Origin: Candidatus Falkowbacteria bacterium
GTDB taxonomy: Bacteria; Patescibacteriota; Patescibacteriia; UBA11705
NCBI GenBank assembly: GCA_003518055.1
Contig: DOZJ01000005.1
Location: 1,319 to 65,318 of the forward strand
Length of the DNA stretch: 64,000 nt
Direction: 5' to 3'
In this document: in pieces, positions 49,801 through 60,041 of the stretch
How the letters are laid out: every line of letters begins with the position of its first letter
How positions within the stretch are numbered: position 1 is the first letter of the stretch
The notes under the pieces: generated by a model
The model's input: the letters and a program-made list of their open reading frames with translations, nothing else
What the model was told of the DNA's origin: nothing
Database searches by the model: none
Translations under genes and position numbers: made by a program

Positions 49801-52800
49801 CCGGCTTCAATCACATCATTACCGCACACCGCTCTAAAAGTCACCGACCCTTGATTCAAACAATTTTCCGTACACGCCACCGCTCTTTGCGGTGAATATG
49901 TGGTTTCATACATGGCAATCAATTTGTCCGCGGCCGCCGCACTGGCTGAGACACTGGCCAAATCTACTCTTCTTGTATAATAAACCGCCTCACCCGTCAT
50001 CTCCTCCCAATCCCAAGTATAATGTTTTGCGCTCAATCTCTGACCGTTAGCGCTGCATGTATCCGGAGCAGAAAATGGCGTGGCGCTGAAGACAGCCTGC
50101 TCACCCGCCATCGTAGATAAATAACTGCTCGGACTAACATCCACCCGTTCCGGCCGGCAAAAACCGCCATCCTCACGAGTTTTAAATACAAAACTGAAAG
50201 AATCAAACGTTGATGGACTGGTAATCGTCTGATCAGTCAAAACACAATTAGTACAATTATCCGGAAAACTGCAGCTACAACCGGCATCTCCATAATCACA
50301 CTCTTGCCTCTCAGACAGGCTGCAAGTCTCCGGACAAACCAAATCTTTTTCTTGCGGACACTCAGCCGTGGTGGTATTTAAATCAACACAAGTGCAGGCT
50401 GGCGAACTCGCTGTACATTGATTGGTTGTCCCTGAACAATAAGTTAAAATCTGACACTCGCCCTTGACCGCATCAGCTTCAAAACAAGCTTCCTCCGGCG
50501 CCAATTGAAAGCGTCCAACATCTTGGCACGTACACCCGGCCGAGCTGCCGGTACAAGCCTGAGTAATGTTTTCCGCGCAGGCTCTTTGCGGCTGACAATC
50601 ACACGCGGATTGATTTTCAGTACAATATTTTGTTGTATCCTCCTGACACACCTTTGGTTCAATACATGTGCAGGTCAAAGAATCAGTGGTACATTTTTTA
50701 TTTATATCTTCTAAACAATATGACGCACAAGTTGAACTTTCACACTCTCTTGGCTGGCCGCATTGACAAGCCGTGGACAAAATATTCGGTTTATTTTTAT
50801 TATCATTAAAATATTCATTACACACTTCGAGTGGCGTCACCCCAAGGCTGCCGACAAACGTCACCTTTCCTGCTTTTGTGCACTCATCAACTTCGCATTG
50901 TTCCTGCAACTGGGCTGAACCAAGATAAGTGTCAATATCACCGTCGCCGCAGCAGCCGGTCCCGCCATTAGTACACCGTGAAAAACCAACCAATCGGCAA
51001 TCATTGGAACAATATGGATTGTTGCTCAAAGCACACACGCAATTCGCCGTACCGGATACGCAAACCGCGTTGGACTGGCTATTCAAACAAATCGCTTCGC
51101 ATTGTTCACCGGCATCGGTTTCAATCACGCCGTTCCCACAGGTTCCCACATTTGCCCGGGTATTAAAATTCAAACCGGTCAATGTTTTATCACTGATACT
51201 CGTCAATTGGCCGCTGATAACCAAGCGATAATACTTGGCCGGGCTAAGCACCGGTGTCGGACTGATCCTGAGACGATTACAGACCTCGCCATAATTCGTC
51301 AAAGTTGAGACTCCGGTCGTCGAATCGCAATCAATTTCTCCGGCTTGATAATCAGCCAGCATATTCACCTTTGAAGCCACGGATATGCAGTCGGCATTAT
51401 CACATTCGTACAGACCAACCGCTGCTGTATTGTCACGCAATGCTTCATAGGGAAAATATGTATTAAACAAAGCTCCAAGTTCGGCATTCACACACGCCGC
51501 GCCGCAATTAGGCCAAAAATCCACTACCCTCGGCTCAGCCAAAGTTACAGCCAAATCTGCCTCATCTTGCAGCGGCTGGCTGGAAACCATACCATTAGTT
51601 TGGACCACCCCCGGATCGCCCGGCGGCGTTTCCACCACCACCGCCTCTGGATTGGCGGCAAAATAGGCCACATCACTCCTAGATCCGGCCACAAACAATC
51701 GGCTGATTCGATCGCCGTATCTCGTTACCAGCCAATTCCAAGTCTCATTTGAGACATCAATGATACCGCAATTACTGGCTTGACCGGAAACCGCGAACTT
51801 CTGGCTCTCAGTCACATCAGTCAAAACTCCCTCTCCGGGATTAACCACCACCGAATCTATCGCACAGTCAGCCTCAGCAGTTTTGAATTTCCAGGTATAA
51901 TCATTCAATAATTCTTGAACCTCATCGCCGACGGCCGAAACATTTCTGATCCCGGCTTTTACCATCACGGCATACCATGTATTCGGCGCCACATCATAAT
52001 TTACTAAATTTATTTGAGTTACCCTGGTGTTGTCATAATTGGAAACCAACGCCTCATCAAGTAATGTTCGCCCGCTTCCGTCCGTACCCTGAGCCACGAA
52101 ATCATATTCCTCCACCGCGCAGTTGCTGTCGTCACACAAATCAAGATTACATTCACTCCCCGCCGTCAAGCAGCTCCGAACTTCCACTCGATTGGCGTCA
52201 ACCAAAGATTCAGTATCCATTTCCATGTTAAACGTAAAACTGATCAACCCGTTCGGACAAGCATTCTGACCGTTGGCTTTCGGTGACGGCGATTCATCAA
52301 AAATCCCCAAACTACATTCTCGGTTAATGACTCGAGGAACGCGGGGAATATTACCGGTGCTGAAATACCAGCCAAATTCGCAATTCGTCGCTTGAGCCTG
52401 ACAAAATTGAGCCTCGGTACAATATGAATTTTGACAACATACCTCGCCCGCGCCACAACTACTGGTCGTGCATCGGCCAACGCTAAAAGTTACCGGGGTG
52501 CTATTAACCCCAGCGGCCTCCACCACCATATCGCCGCTTCTGGCATCAGGCGGAACCGTCACACCGGAAATTTCTGTATTACTCCACTCTGCAGATTGCA
52601 AATTAAATCCCTCGACAATCGCCGGCACACCTTCGGCCGCTGACGCAAACTTTATTCTACCCTTCTGCTCTCCAAAGCCGACGCCTTGAATTGTGATTGT
52701 TGTTCCCGGCGGTCCGTTATCAGGCGTCACCGAACAAATTCCGGGGGTAACCGTCAAACTATCATCCACGGAATAAGGCACTGTGGCACTCCCCGCATTA

Positions 52801-54902
52801 TTAACAATTTCCAAAGTATATGAAGCAGTCGCCAGTTCCGGTATTGTTATTTGGATGCTGTCATTTGACCAATTATTAACACAAGTGGTCAATGCCGGTG
52901 TCCGCGTATTATCTCTTATAAAATTAACCGTTCCTCCCACGCCAAAATTATTGCCTCGAATGGTTATAATTTGACCGGGAGCCGCGGCTGTGGGCGTTAT
53001 CGATTCAATTGTTATCTGGCTCTCGCTTTCGCTAACACTAAAATCTACCGGATTGCTATAAAATTCATCTCGGCCCACTTGTACTGTCTTTCTGCCAGCG
53101 CCGATAAACGGCACCTGAACATCACTGATCACGTCATCAAGCCAATTTCCGGCCGATATTTCATCTCCGTTAAAATATACACCACCATCAGAACCAAAAT
53201 TTCTGCCGGTTAAAATTAATTGATTACCGGGCAAACCGAATCGCTCCTGAGTGGCCGCATTCCGGACTGAACACAGTCCGATCATATTCGAACCGTTCGC
53301 CACAATTTCCAAATCCCGATTCCATCCGGGAGCATTTGGATCTGCTGTATTGTACCAACTACCTTGATTATTAAAAATTTGTACTGGACCGGTGGTTGTG
53401 TCCGGCACCGTAACTACCACTTGTCGCTCATCCCAGCTGTCACGGCCGCAAAGCGGCGCAGCCTCAACACCATTAATCAAAACTCTGGCCTCCTGAGCAA
53501 ACACGCCAAAATTCCGGCCAAACAAAGTGATAAAACCGTTGATCGGCGAACTGGCCGGAGAAATATTGGTTATCAATGGATATGGCCAGTTCGAGCATGT
53601 AGTTGAACATTGCTCCACCCCATTAATTTCCGTACAATCATCCGGTACACAATTATAAACACAATCGTCACCAGTGCATTCATTGCAATCATCCACCTCG
53701 CACTCCGGTAATGTGCAATCAAAATCCCCATCAGCATCAAAACAATTATCAGACGCAACCAAATATCGACCGGTAGCCGAAGCCTGATTGCCACTAACAT
53801 CACCAACGGATACCTCTCCGGTGTGCCAGCCCAAATCAAAACCAGAAGTAACCGAACTTAATATTGAATTATATGTCAGTGGAGAGGCATCCTCAAAAAT
53901 AATCTCCTGACACAGACTATCTTGGGCCGTTTGTTTTGTCGGACAAAATTCCACCGCCGCCAATCCACTGGCATCAGCCGCGTCAACCGTAAAATCTTCT
54001 TGGAACCCCAATCGCACCTGTCTTGGACTTGGAGTCAATGACACCGTCGGACTGGTGGTATCGCAGCTGTTTGACGTAGAAAAATCAACTTGCTGACAAT
54101 ATCCCTGTAGTCGATTCGGGCAGGCGACCAAATTGCCATTTTGATCTTGCAATTCCAAAACTTTAATTCGGTAATTTTTATCTGGCTGCAAACAGCTGGT
54201 CGCGGCACACCCCTCAGGACAAGTATCATTAGTGGCAAAAATCACTTTTCGATCGGTTACCGTATAGTCTCCTTCCACCGGCACCTCAGTTTCAGTTTCA
54301 CCCTCAGTCACAATTTCAAACAATTTAATATTTGTCTTGGCATTTTGGTATTCACCTTCGGGCAACGCTGTCCGTCCACTCGGAAAGGTTATCTGGACTA
54401 CCGAATTTACCGGCCGATTGGCTCCCCTCGGCGACATCCCGACGCTAAATCCAACCGTTCCTCCGTTACCGCCATCGCCCCCGGTGCCTCCGGTCCCATC
54501 TTCCGTGCTATTAGTCGCCCCGGTTGCGTCGCCAAGACGGTTAATGACAAAACTGGTAATGGAAAAAGCGGAAATTATAATCGCCAACCCGATCATGCCG
54601 TTAATTATCCACTTTTTTGCCTTTTCCACCGCAGTTTCAGCCCCGCCGCTCGTCATATACAAAAACCCGCCGTACAAAACTATCGCCAAAGCCACCACGC
54701 CAAGAAATCCCAAAAATATTCGCAGCACTCTGGCAATGATTATTCTTGGATCTTCATTACCTAAACCGGTCTGGCCGCCGACTTCCTCCAATCCAGTGTC
54801 CAATGGTGCTTGTGCCTGAACCAATTCGGTCAAAAACAAAAAACCTCCGGCTATCACCAGTATCAGGATCAACAATCCGACGATTTTGTTTTTATTTCTC
54901 AT
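46875..54902 (-). CDS. Giant (2,675 aa) surface protein: TrbC/VirB2-like pilin N-terminus, Ig-like and IPT/TIG domains, myxococcal-type Cys-rich repeats
   Basis: DPRIIIA...YGGFLYMTSGG...KAKK.IING.IGL; IPT starts (ITNISP..G..ITLFGRNFG); CGNxxxxxGEECD repeats. Confidence 0.9.
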   Translation of the reverse strand: MRNKNKIVGLLILILVIAGGFLFLTELVQAQAPLDTGLEEVGGQTGLGNEDPRIIIARVLRIFLGFLGVVALAIVLYGGFLYMTSGGAETAVEKAKKWIINGMIGLAIIISAFSITSFVINRLGDATGATNSTEDGTGGTGGDGGNGGTVGFSVGMSPRGANRPVNSVVQITFPSGRTALPEGEYQNAKTNIKLFEIVTEGETETEVPVEGDYTVTDRKVIFATNDTCPEGCAATSCLQPDKNYRIKVLELQDQNGNLVACPNRLQGYCQQVDFSTSNSCDTTSPTVSLTPSPRQVRLGFQEDFTVDAADASGLAAVEFCPTKQTAQDSLCQEIIFEDASPLTYNSILSSVTSGFDLGWHTGEVSVGDVSGNQASATGRYLVASDNCFDADGDFDCTLPECEVDDCNECTGDDCVYNCVPDDCTEINGVEQCSTTCSNWPYPLITNISPASSPINGFITLFGRNFGVFAQEARVLINGVEAAPLCGRDSWDERQVVVTVPDTTTGPVQIFNNQGSWYNTADPNAPGWNRDLEIVANGSNMIGLCSVRNAATQERFGLPGNQLILTGRNFGSDGGVYFNGDEISAGNWLDDVISDVQVPFIGAGRKTVQVGRDEFYSNPVDFSVSESESQITIESITPTAAAPGQIITIRGNNFGVGGTVNFIRDNTRTPALTTCVNNWSNDSIQITIPELATASYTLEIVNNAGSATVPYSVDDSLTVTPGICSVTPDNGPPGTTITIQGVGFGEQKGRIKFASAAEGVPAIVEGFNLQSAEWSNTEISGVTVPPDARSGDMVVEAAGVNSTPVTFSVGRCTTSSCGAGEVCCQNSYCTEAQFCQAQATNCEFGWYFSTGNIPRVPRVINRECSLGIFDESPSPKANGQNACPNGLISFTFNMEMDTESLVDANRVEVRSCLTAGSECNLDLCDDSNCAVEEYDFVAQGTDGSGRTLLDEALVSNYDNTRVTQINLVNYDVAPNTWYAVMVKAGIRNVSAVGDEVQELLNDYTWKFKTAEADCAIDSVVVNPGEGVLTDVTESQKFAVSGQASNCGIIDVSNETWNWLVTRYGDRISRLFVAGSRSDVAYFAANPEAVVVETPPGDPGVVQTNGMVSSQPLQDEADLAVTLAEPRVVDFWPNCGAACVNAELGALFNTYFPYEALRDNTAAVGLYECDNADCISVASKVNMLADYQAGEIDCDSTTGVSTLTNYGEVCNRLRISPTPVLSPAKYYRLVISGQLTSISDKTLTGLNFNTRANVGTCGNGVIETDAGEQCEAICLNSQSNAVCVSGTANCVCALSNNPYCSNDCRLVGFSRCTNGGTGCCGDGDIDTYLGSAQLQEQCEVDECTKAGKVTFVGSLGVTPLEVCNEYFNDNKNKPNILSTACQCGQPRECESSTCASYCLEDINKKCTTDSLTCTCIEPKVCQEDTTKYCTENQSACDCQPQRACAENITQACTGSSAGCTCQDVGRFQLAPEEACFEADAVKGECQILTYCSGTTNQCTASSPACTCVDLNTTTAECPQEKDLVCPETCSLSERQECDYGDAGCSCSFPDNCTNCVLTDQTITSPSTFDSFSFVFKTREDGGFCRPERVDVSPSSYLSTMAGEQAVFSATPFSAPDTCSANGQRLSAKHYTWDWEEMTGEAVYYTRRVDLASVSASAAAADKLIAMYETTYSPQRAVACTENCLNQGSVTFRAVCGNDVIEAGEECDGEAFCSNKCLRLGSPLCFGGNSSACCGNRTVDPTEDCDDGNGNSGDGCSRECFNEGAQSAGFVCGNGAKELGEDDDFGSSKLNTLFGLDNNCLYKGSSGYVGPVCGNGLVDSGEECEPVTNECVMPVRNADGSVQKNSQGEVVTVLCQPGTDYCVCPAFESVTCSNKCLIKPFDTCTELQDTVSCCGNGLTESFNGYTEECEYTCTNNSTGENCAGRLDEGNCTCRPAAGCTSGCLNGGSNDANASFCGNGIVEPGEDRICEQTEAGVTVTNYGAPYSMATVLGHLPAGQNQQTAKIRGTLTNNVSYLENSTEQGQSINDESLLTYIYSGLGGPTPPECDPNNPPRATLISPDGTLTCPNAVITVRYDYLMTELHKGGGKINKFVELRYRADQCGGSLSWLGRLRDWTGEFFGLKAQAAEWCVENQNNYAVVAQKVQIGKNLVTQIYIATKGALRVTDYEVVLKNVKNNCSMIIPDQEFRFNVGSDYCHFDSVGIEPAVKNVTQRDEIWNIRHLAKSGNTEIQPISGHYAWSWGAWEIEDRDIVSITDVVDSNEDVAMAKNKNGDSDIEMTAEITFDQYFGEVKSERTGSGLVSAFICENPWSWDDGSDGRNILLRYCRDREQINNRMDDLPLLRVVTSQIGAEENGLQRQYLLIRSDEIINSVNTNDFSDDVISLRIYENPANLSAAEWYRQQVPQAGQSVSEVKVFCSHDARYDTDDCYYGVKDGNTVYVSAGNLIGSGSSASVSNYIYVLGYNLGANSRTINMFSQLVENMGFNINVSSSDVQFAIRRDIQRINNIVGLRQYLTDYYTQKIDLPRLEGGTYRRGESYSVWPSWQAELGNILGKQLALDPINQMARYEPSTNATFVGVSCGSNGKKCLLAEHQCFDYQGQAKCSVCSQGADVNNCYDPDTLQIEMVFPIGTSPVSLFNYAYSYLYQGFNEARITFRTEAESYNYYTINNKPGFNFVIE

Positions 54903-54935
54903 TCGCTATCTTTTTCTATTTATTTCAATTTTCTT

Positions 54936-57053
54936 TTAATATGGACACATCGCTCCCGGCTGCACCTGCATACCGCCCTCACCGGAATCATCCACCGTCC
55001 CGCAGCAAGCCCGTCCGGGAGTTTGCGGATCGCAGGCTGGTCCTTTACACGGATTAAAGCAGTTTCCCTGCATATCTTGAACCCCGGACATAATTTTCGG
55101 AAAAAAGAAAGGGATATCTAATGGATTTTGAGCCAGTGTAAACGGACCGTGATTGATCATTGTTCTTCGATCATCAGTGGTACAAAAACGTGACCCATCC
55201 GGAGATACGCCCTGATTACAAAATAAACTGCCGGTATACCAACCATTCCACGAATCCGAAACGATTATCATATTATTATTAGTCGTTGTTGTCGGATCCA
55301 TCGCCTCATTAAAGGTGGCCGACACTAAACTGTCCGGCTGGACTCCGTCACTTTTATCCTCGCCGTTTTGCGGCGTTAGGGCGGTTATTTGTGGCGGAAT
55401 CAAATCCACCTGAGACGACGTCAAAAAAGACCAATCAAAACTATCAATCGCTTGGGTCTCAGTCTGGCCATTGCCCCGCCCGATTCGTCCATTGGTATCA
55501 AGGCCGTTTAGAGCCGCGTCCACAATACCTCCAACTGGAAATCTGATTGCTGTTGGTCCGGCCGGCCCATCCGGATCGGCCGAGTTATAATTAATCAAAT
55601 TGCTCTTAGGCACCGATCTAACCAAAGTTCTAATTTCACTGTCCGCCGGCAGACAAGTCACGATATCGCCACAAGAATTGAATAGATCTGCCCCAGTGCC
55701 ACAATTTCCGTTTGATTTAAAAATTATCGATCGATATTGATTGACCGCTCCGATCACATCGCCAGTTATCGCTGCGCCGGCCGTATCATTGGTCACCAGA
55801 AACTCCGCGTTAGCATAATCAGTCACGTTAGTTGAAGTCATCCGCGAAAAAATCGGTGGAATCACCGCCTCACTAAAATCCACTCTGATCCGGCTGTTAC
55901 GCCATTGTGTAACCGCGTTCGCCGCGCCCAAATCATACTCGATTGGTTGACCGTTGGCATCCAACGTTACCGGATATACATTAGTAATAAAAGGCGGAGT
56001 TATATCAATCGTTGTATTCGTCGTAAAATACCACGGGTAAGATGAAACTGTTTGTCCGTTAAACACTCCGGTATTGGTTTGAAATTTTCTAATATTATTT
56101 GTTAACAAGGTGAAATATGTTACGTCTTCCGCCACAGTACCCAAATGATCGGTTGGGCTATTGCCATACGGATTTATCACGATGGTTTTAAAATCCGGAG
56201 TCATATAAACTTCACCGGTGACAAATTCAAAACCGCTCGGTGAAGGTTCATTCCCCCGCCACAAATTACACACTGGCCGGTTATTCCGTTGCGTCGGATC
56301 ATAACTGGGCGGCGCTATCGACCCTGCCGGATATTCGGTCTGACAAGCCTCATATATTTTAACCGCTTCTGTATTCAAGTCTCCAGCACAAACACAATTA
56401 TTGTCCGGCGTTACCGTCGTACACGCACTGCCATTTATATCAGTACAAACAAAAGCACTGTTATCTATAATAACACTACCGGGAACAATCGCTTCTTTGA
56501 AGGTAACCATTATTACCGTATTTCTAGGTACGGTCGCCCCAATTCCGGGGAAATGATCTTGAATCACCAGCCCGAGAATCCCCGAGCCGAGTCCGGGAGT
56601 AGTATATTCCCGCTGAATCCCATCACCTGTCCCACCGCCCAAAATATCCTGCAATCGACTGATAATATAACTCGTAATCGCGAACGCTGACATCATAATC
56701 GCCAGACCGATCGTCGCGTTGATCATTACTTTCTTGGCTTTGCCGGTCTTGACTTCTTCTCCACCGCTAGTCATGTAAAGATACCCGGCATAAATCATGA
56801 GCACCAAAAAAATCGACCCCACAAAACCAAAAAATATTCGAATCACCCTCGCGATTATAATTCTCGGATCTTCGTTCCCCAATCCGGTCGCTTCTCCCAC
56901 CTGTTCCGTCCCCTCGATAACACCCGGTGCCTGAGCCAAAACTGTCGAGACGCCGGTATAAAAAATCGCAATCAAAACCAACGCCAAAAAAACTCCGGCA
57001 TAGACGAGCTTTTTCTTCCGCTTAACCATTAAAAATTTAGACCGCCGATCCAT
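54936..57053 (-). CDS. TrbC/VirB2-like pilin N-terminus fused to Ig-like (Big_5-like) domains
   Basis: Same GLGNEDPRIIIARV...YMTSGG...KAKK head; VPRNTVIMVTFKEAI and SATFNEAMDP Ig-like starts. Confidence 0.88.
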   Translation of the reverse strand: MDRRSKFLMVKRKKKLVYAGVFLALVLIAIFYTGVSTVLAQAPGVIEGTEQVGEATGLGNEDPRIIIARVIRIFFGFVGSIFLVLMIYAGYLYMTSGGEEVKTGKAKKVMINATIGLAIMMSAFAITSYIISRLQDILGGGTGDGIQREYTTPGLGSGILGLVIQDHFPGIGATVPRNTVIMVTFKEAIVPGSVIIDNSAFVCTDINGSACTTVTPDNNCVCAGDLNTEAVKIYEACQTEYPAGSIAPPSYDPTQRNNRPVCNLWRGNEPSPSGFEFVTGEVYMTPDFKTIVINPYGNSPTDHLGTVAEDVTYFTLLTNNIRKFQTNTGVFNGQTVSSYPWYFTTNTTIDITPPFITNVYPVTLDANGQPIEYDLGAANAVTQWRNSRIRVDFSEAVIPPIFSRMTSTNVTDYANAEFLVTNDTAGAAITGDVIGAVNQYRSIIFKSNGNCGTGADLFNSCGDIVTCLPADSEIRTLVRSVPKSNLINYNSADPDGPAGPTAIRFPVGGIVDAALNGLDTNGRIGRGNGQTETQAIDSFDWSFLTSSQVDLIPPQITALTPQNGEDKSDGVQPDSLVSATFNEAMDPTTTTNNNMIIVSDSWNGWYTGSLFCNQGVSPDGSRFCTTDDRRTMINHGPFTLAQNPLDIPFFFPKIMSGVQDMQGNCFNPCKGPACDPQTPGRACCGTVDDSGEGGMQVQPGAMCPY

Positions 57054-57065
57054 AGAGCGCGATAT

Positions 57066-57509
57066 TCATTGAATCATTTTCTTCACCATTGACTGCACCT
57101 TTTGACCATCAGCCTGACCGGCGAGCGCCTTCATCACTCGTCCCATCACCTGCCCGAAATTTGCCTTGTCACTTTCAGACAATGTAGCCAATATTTCTTT
57201 GACCCGGACCTCAATCTGTTCATCGGACAACTGCGCCGGCACATATTGGTCCAAAACTGAAATTTCAAATTCATCGATTTGTTTTAAATCTTCTCGTCCG
57301 CCTTGAATGTAATTGGCTATTGCTTCTCGTCTTTTTTTGATCTCCGTCCGAATCACCGTTATCAATTCCGTTTCATCCAAAAGGCGTCCAAGCTCTATCT
57401 CCTTGTTTTTGGCACCGGCGCGAAGCCCCCGAATCACGTTCAATTTTTTTGTATTTTTATCTTTTAAAGCTTGAATAAAATCAGCTTCAATTCTCTCTTG
57501 AAGTTCCAT
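57066..57509 (-). CDS. GatB/YqeY domain protein
   Basis: KKRREAI..Y..GGREDL...E...L..Y.P.QL; GQVMG..MK...GQADG. Confidence 0.93.
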   Translation of the reverse strand: MELQERIEADFIQALKDKNTKKLNVIRGLRAGAKNKEIELGRLLDETELITVIRTEIKKRREAIANYIQGGREDLKQIDEFEISVLDQYVPAQLSDEQIEVRVKEILATLSESDKANFGQVMGRVMKALAGQADGQKVQSMVKKMIQ

Positions 57510-57654
57510 ATATTTCAATTAAATTATAACATTTTTTTTCTCAAGTCACAAATCTTCATGTTAATGATTTACACACAGCGGCCGTAAAACATTTTTCTTG
57601 AACCTCACGGCACAAAGACAACCACCAGCCCAACAGCTACTGATTTTCACCAAT

Positions 57655-57684
57655 AAAAAAATCACCCTGTTCGGGTGATCTTTT
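57655..57684 (-). terminator. Intrinsic terminator after rpsU
   Basis: ATCACCC-TGTTC-GGGTGAT with flanking A/T tracts. Confidence 0.7.
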
Positions 57685-57686
57685 AT

Positions 57687-57929
57687 TTATCGCTTAAACT
57701 TTTTCTTTTCATCCTCTTTCAACCGGCCGGACTTTTTCAAATATTCCAATCTTTCTTTCATTTTCATCGAATACAAACGAGACTCCTTGGTCATATTTCG
57801 ACTTTTGTCTTTGCTGTGATAGCGGATTTTCTTGAATTGCAAAATTTTGCCGCTCTGAATCAACCGTTTATTGAAGCGTCTGACAAAAGACTCAAAAGTT
57901 TCGCCTTTTTTTCGTTTCACTTCTACCAT
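57687..57929 (-). CDS. rpsU: 30S ribosomal protein S21 (CPR-type)
   Basis: MVEVKRKKGETFESFVRRFNKRLIQSG; basic 80 aa; upstream of YqeY. Confidence 0.88.
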   Translation of the reverse strand: MVEVKRKKGETFESFVRRFNKRLIQSGKILQFKKIRYHSKDKSRNMTKESRLYSMKMKERLEYLKKSGRLKEDEKKKFKR

Positions 57930-58067
57930 ACGTTATTTCCACACCCTTTCTATATAAATTTTTATAAAATAAATATTTCTTTCACTCATTACCGACCTCC
58001 AATCGCTGACCAAACCATCCTCAAACGCGCCGTTACTTGTTTTTCCCTGACGCGGTATATTCAACCA

Positions 58068-59384
58068 TTATCTTTTATACAAGATTTTCCGAATCTCGGC
58101 AATTACCTTCTTGATATTAACCACTTCCTGAATCCCACTTTCCACGTCGCGCATCAAAATAGTCCCATCCAAAGCTTCTTTCTGCCCTAGGATTAATACT
58201 ATTTTGGCGCCTATTTTTGTCGCCGTGTCGAGCTGGCTCTTCAAACTATCTTTGGAAAAATTAGCCACCACCCGAAAATCTTCACGGCGCAATTCATCCA
58301 CAAATTGCATCGCTCGTCTTTTGGCCTGTTCACTCAATTGCGCCAAATACACATGGGGACTCTTGGCTTTGGGCACCTCGATTTTTCGATTTTTAATTTC
58401 TGAAATTACTTTCTCCACAATGAGCGACATGGTACAGGCCGGCATTTCCGGTCCGCTCAGCATTTCCGACAAATGATTGATGCGTCCGCCTTGAGCCAAC
58501 AATACCTTTTCACCGTCTTCGGATCGATTATATATCGAATAAACCGTACCACCAAAATATCCAAAATCAGGAACCATGGAATTATCCATTTCATATTCAA
58601 CCTTCACCTCGTCCAAAGCTTCCAAAAACCTGAATAAATGGCTATGTTCATCCTCGGACAAATAATCCACAATCTGCGGCGCGTCTTCAATCTGCTTGGC
58701 GCACTTTTGATTGGCGCAGGCCAAAAATTTAAATGGGTCTCTGGTTGCCTGGCTACGGCACTCGGTACAGATAGCAGAACGACGGCTTTTAATATACCCT
58801 GTCAATGCTTTAGCATATTCTACTCGGCCCGTCAACCCTCCCAAACTATTGACCTTCACATACGGCGTCAATCCCATTGCTACCAAAGTTTGGTAAATCA
58901 TAACTACCAACTCCGCATCAGCCGCCGGAGAACTCACACCATACACCTGATATCCCATTTGATACATCTGCCTATGCTTGCTTTCATAATGCTCGCCTTG
59001 AGTCATGATTGATCCCCCGTACCACAATTTCACCGGCATAGACTGATTATGCAGACTGTGTTCAATAAAAGATCGCATTACCGCCGGCGTAAAATCCGCC
59101 CGAATCGCCACCTTTTCATTTTTATCAACAAAAGTAATTATATCCTTTCGCACAAAATCGCTATTCCGTCCGATAGTGTGGGCATACAAATCAAACCGCT
59201 CCAATATCGGTGTATCAATCCATTGAAAACTAAAATCAGTCGCGGCCTGAGTCAAACCGTCAACCAAGATCCGCCAATATTTATTATCCGAGGGCAAAAC
59301 ATCTTTCATCCCCTTCACCAGCGGCGGAGTTTTGATTTTTTTTATTTGCTCCATCGGCTCGTCCATTTTTTTTCTTCTAGGCAT
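58068..59384 (-). CDS. hisS: Histidyl-tRNA synthetase-family protein with degenerate catalytic motifs
   Basis: KGMKDVLP, IDTPILE, RADFTPAVMR and the C-terminal anticodon domain are present; motifs 2 and 3 are divergent. Confidence 0.75.
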   Translation of the reverse strand: MPRRKKMDEPMEQIKKIKTPPLVKGMKDVLPSDNKYWRILVDGLTQAATDFSFQWIDTPILERFDLYAHTIGRNSDFVRKDIITFVDKNEKVAIRADFTPAVMRSFIEHSLHNQSMPVKLWYGGSIMTQGEHYESKHRQMYQMGYQVYGVSSPAADAELVVMIYQTLVAMGLTPYVKVNSLGGLTGRVEYAKALTGYIKSRRSAICTECRSQATRDPFKFLACANQKCAKQIEDAPQIVDYLSEDEHSHLFRFLEALDEVKVEYEMDNSMVPDFGYFGGTVYSIYNRSEDGEKVLLAQGGRINHLSEMLSGPEMPACTMSLIVEKVISEIKNRKIEVPKAKSPHVYLAQLSEQAKRRAMQFVDELRREDFRVVANFSKDSLKSQLDTATKIGAKIVLILGQKEALDGTILMRDVESGIQEVVNIKKVIAEIRKILYKR

Positions 59385-59411
59385 AAAAATTGTATCTTAT
59401 TTTATTTCAAA

Positions 59412-60041
59412 TTAATTACTGTTGAATTGAACATAATCGACTTGGTCAAATACCTTGGCACGATCAAGCGGCCACCCTCGAAGCCATACTTTACCGACGA
59501 TAAAGCCTCGACTGACCGGACCAAATAACCGCGAATCCAAACTATGCTCTCGATTATCTCCCATCACATAATATTCATCTGCTTCAAGCTGCCATCGTTT
59601 ATCGCCACGAGTCTGAACCGTCTGATCTAAATAATTAAATTCATCCAACAAATATTTCTTTTCCCCGACATCAGTATAGATAAAGACAAAACCATCCTTT
59701 ACTTCCACTGTTTCACCCGGCAAACCGATCACTCGTTTGATAAAAAACTGGGTTGGATCTTTTGGATATTTAAACACCACGATATCCCCCCGCTCAGGAT
59801 TGGAAAAACGGTATGACAATTCATCAATAATCAAATACTCATGATCATAAAAACTCGGCTCCATCGACGCCCCTTGGACATAAAACGGCTGAATCAAAAA
59901 ATATCTGACCGGAATGATTATCGCGAGAGCTACCGCCACCACTTTGATCAAATCCCAAAAAAAATACCAGACACGCTTGCCGAATGATAAATCATCGTGT
60001 TGCTGGCTAAAAGTGTATTTGTCTATATTTTTACTAAGCAT
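59412..60041 (-). CDS. lepB: Signal peptidase I
   Basis: GASMEP, RGDIVVF, FIKRVIGLPGE, GDNR..SLDSR. Confidence 0.96.
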   Translation of the reverse strand: MLSKNIDKYTFSQQHDDLSFGKRVWYFFWDLIKVVAVALAIIIPVRYFLIQPFYVQGASMEPSFYDHEYLIIDELSYRFSNPERGDIVVFKYPKDPTQFFIKRVIGLPGETVEVKDGFVFIYTDVGEKKYLLDEFNYLDQTVQTRGDKRWQLEADEYYVMGDNREHSLDSRLFGPVSRGFIVGKVWLRGWPLDRAKVFDQVDYVQFNSN

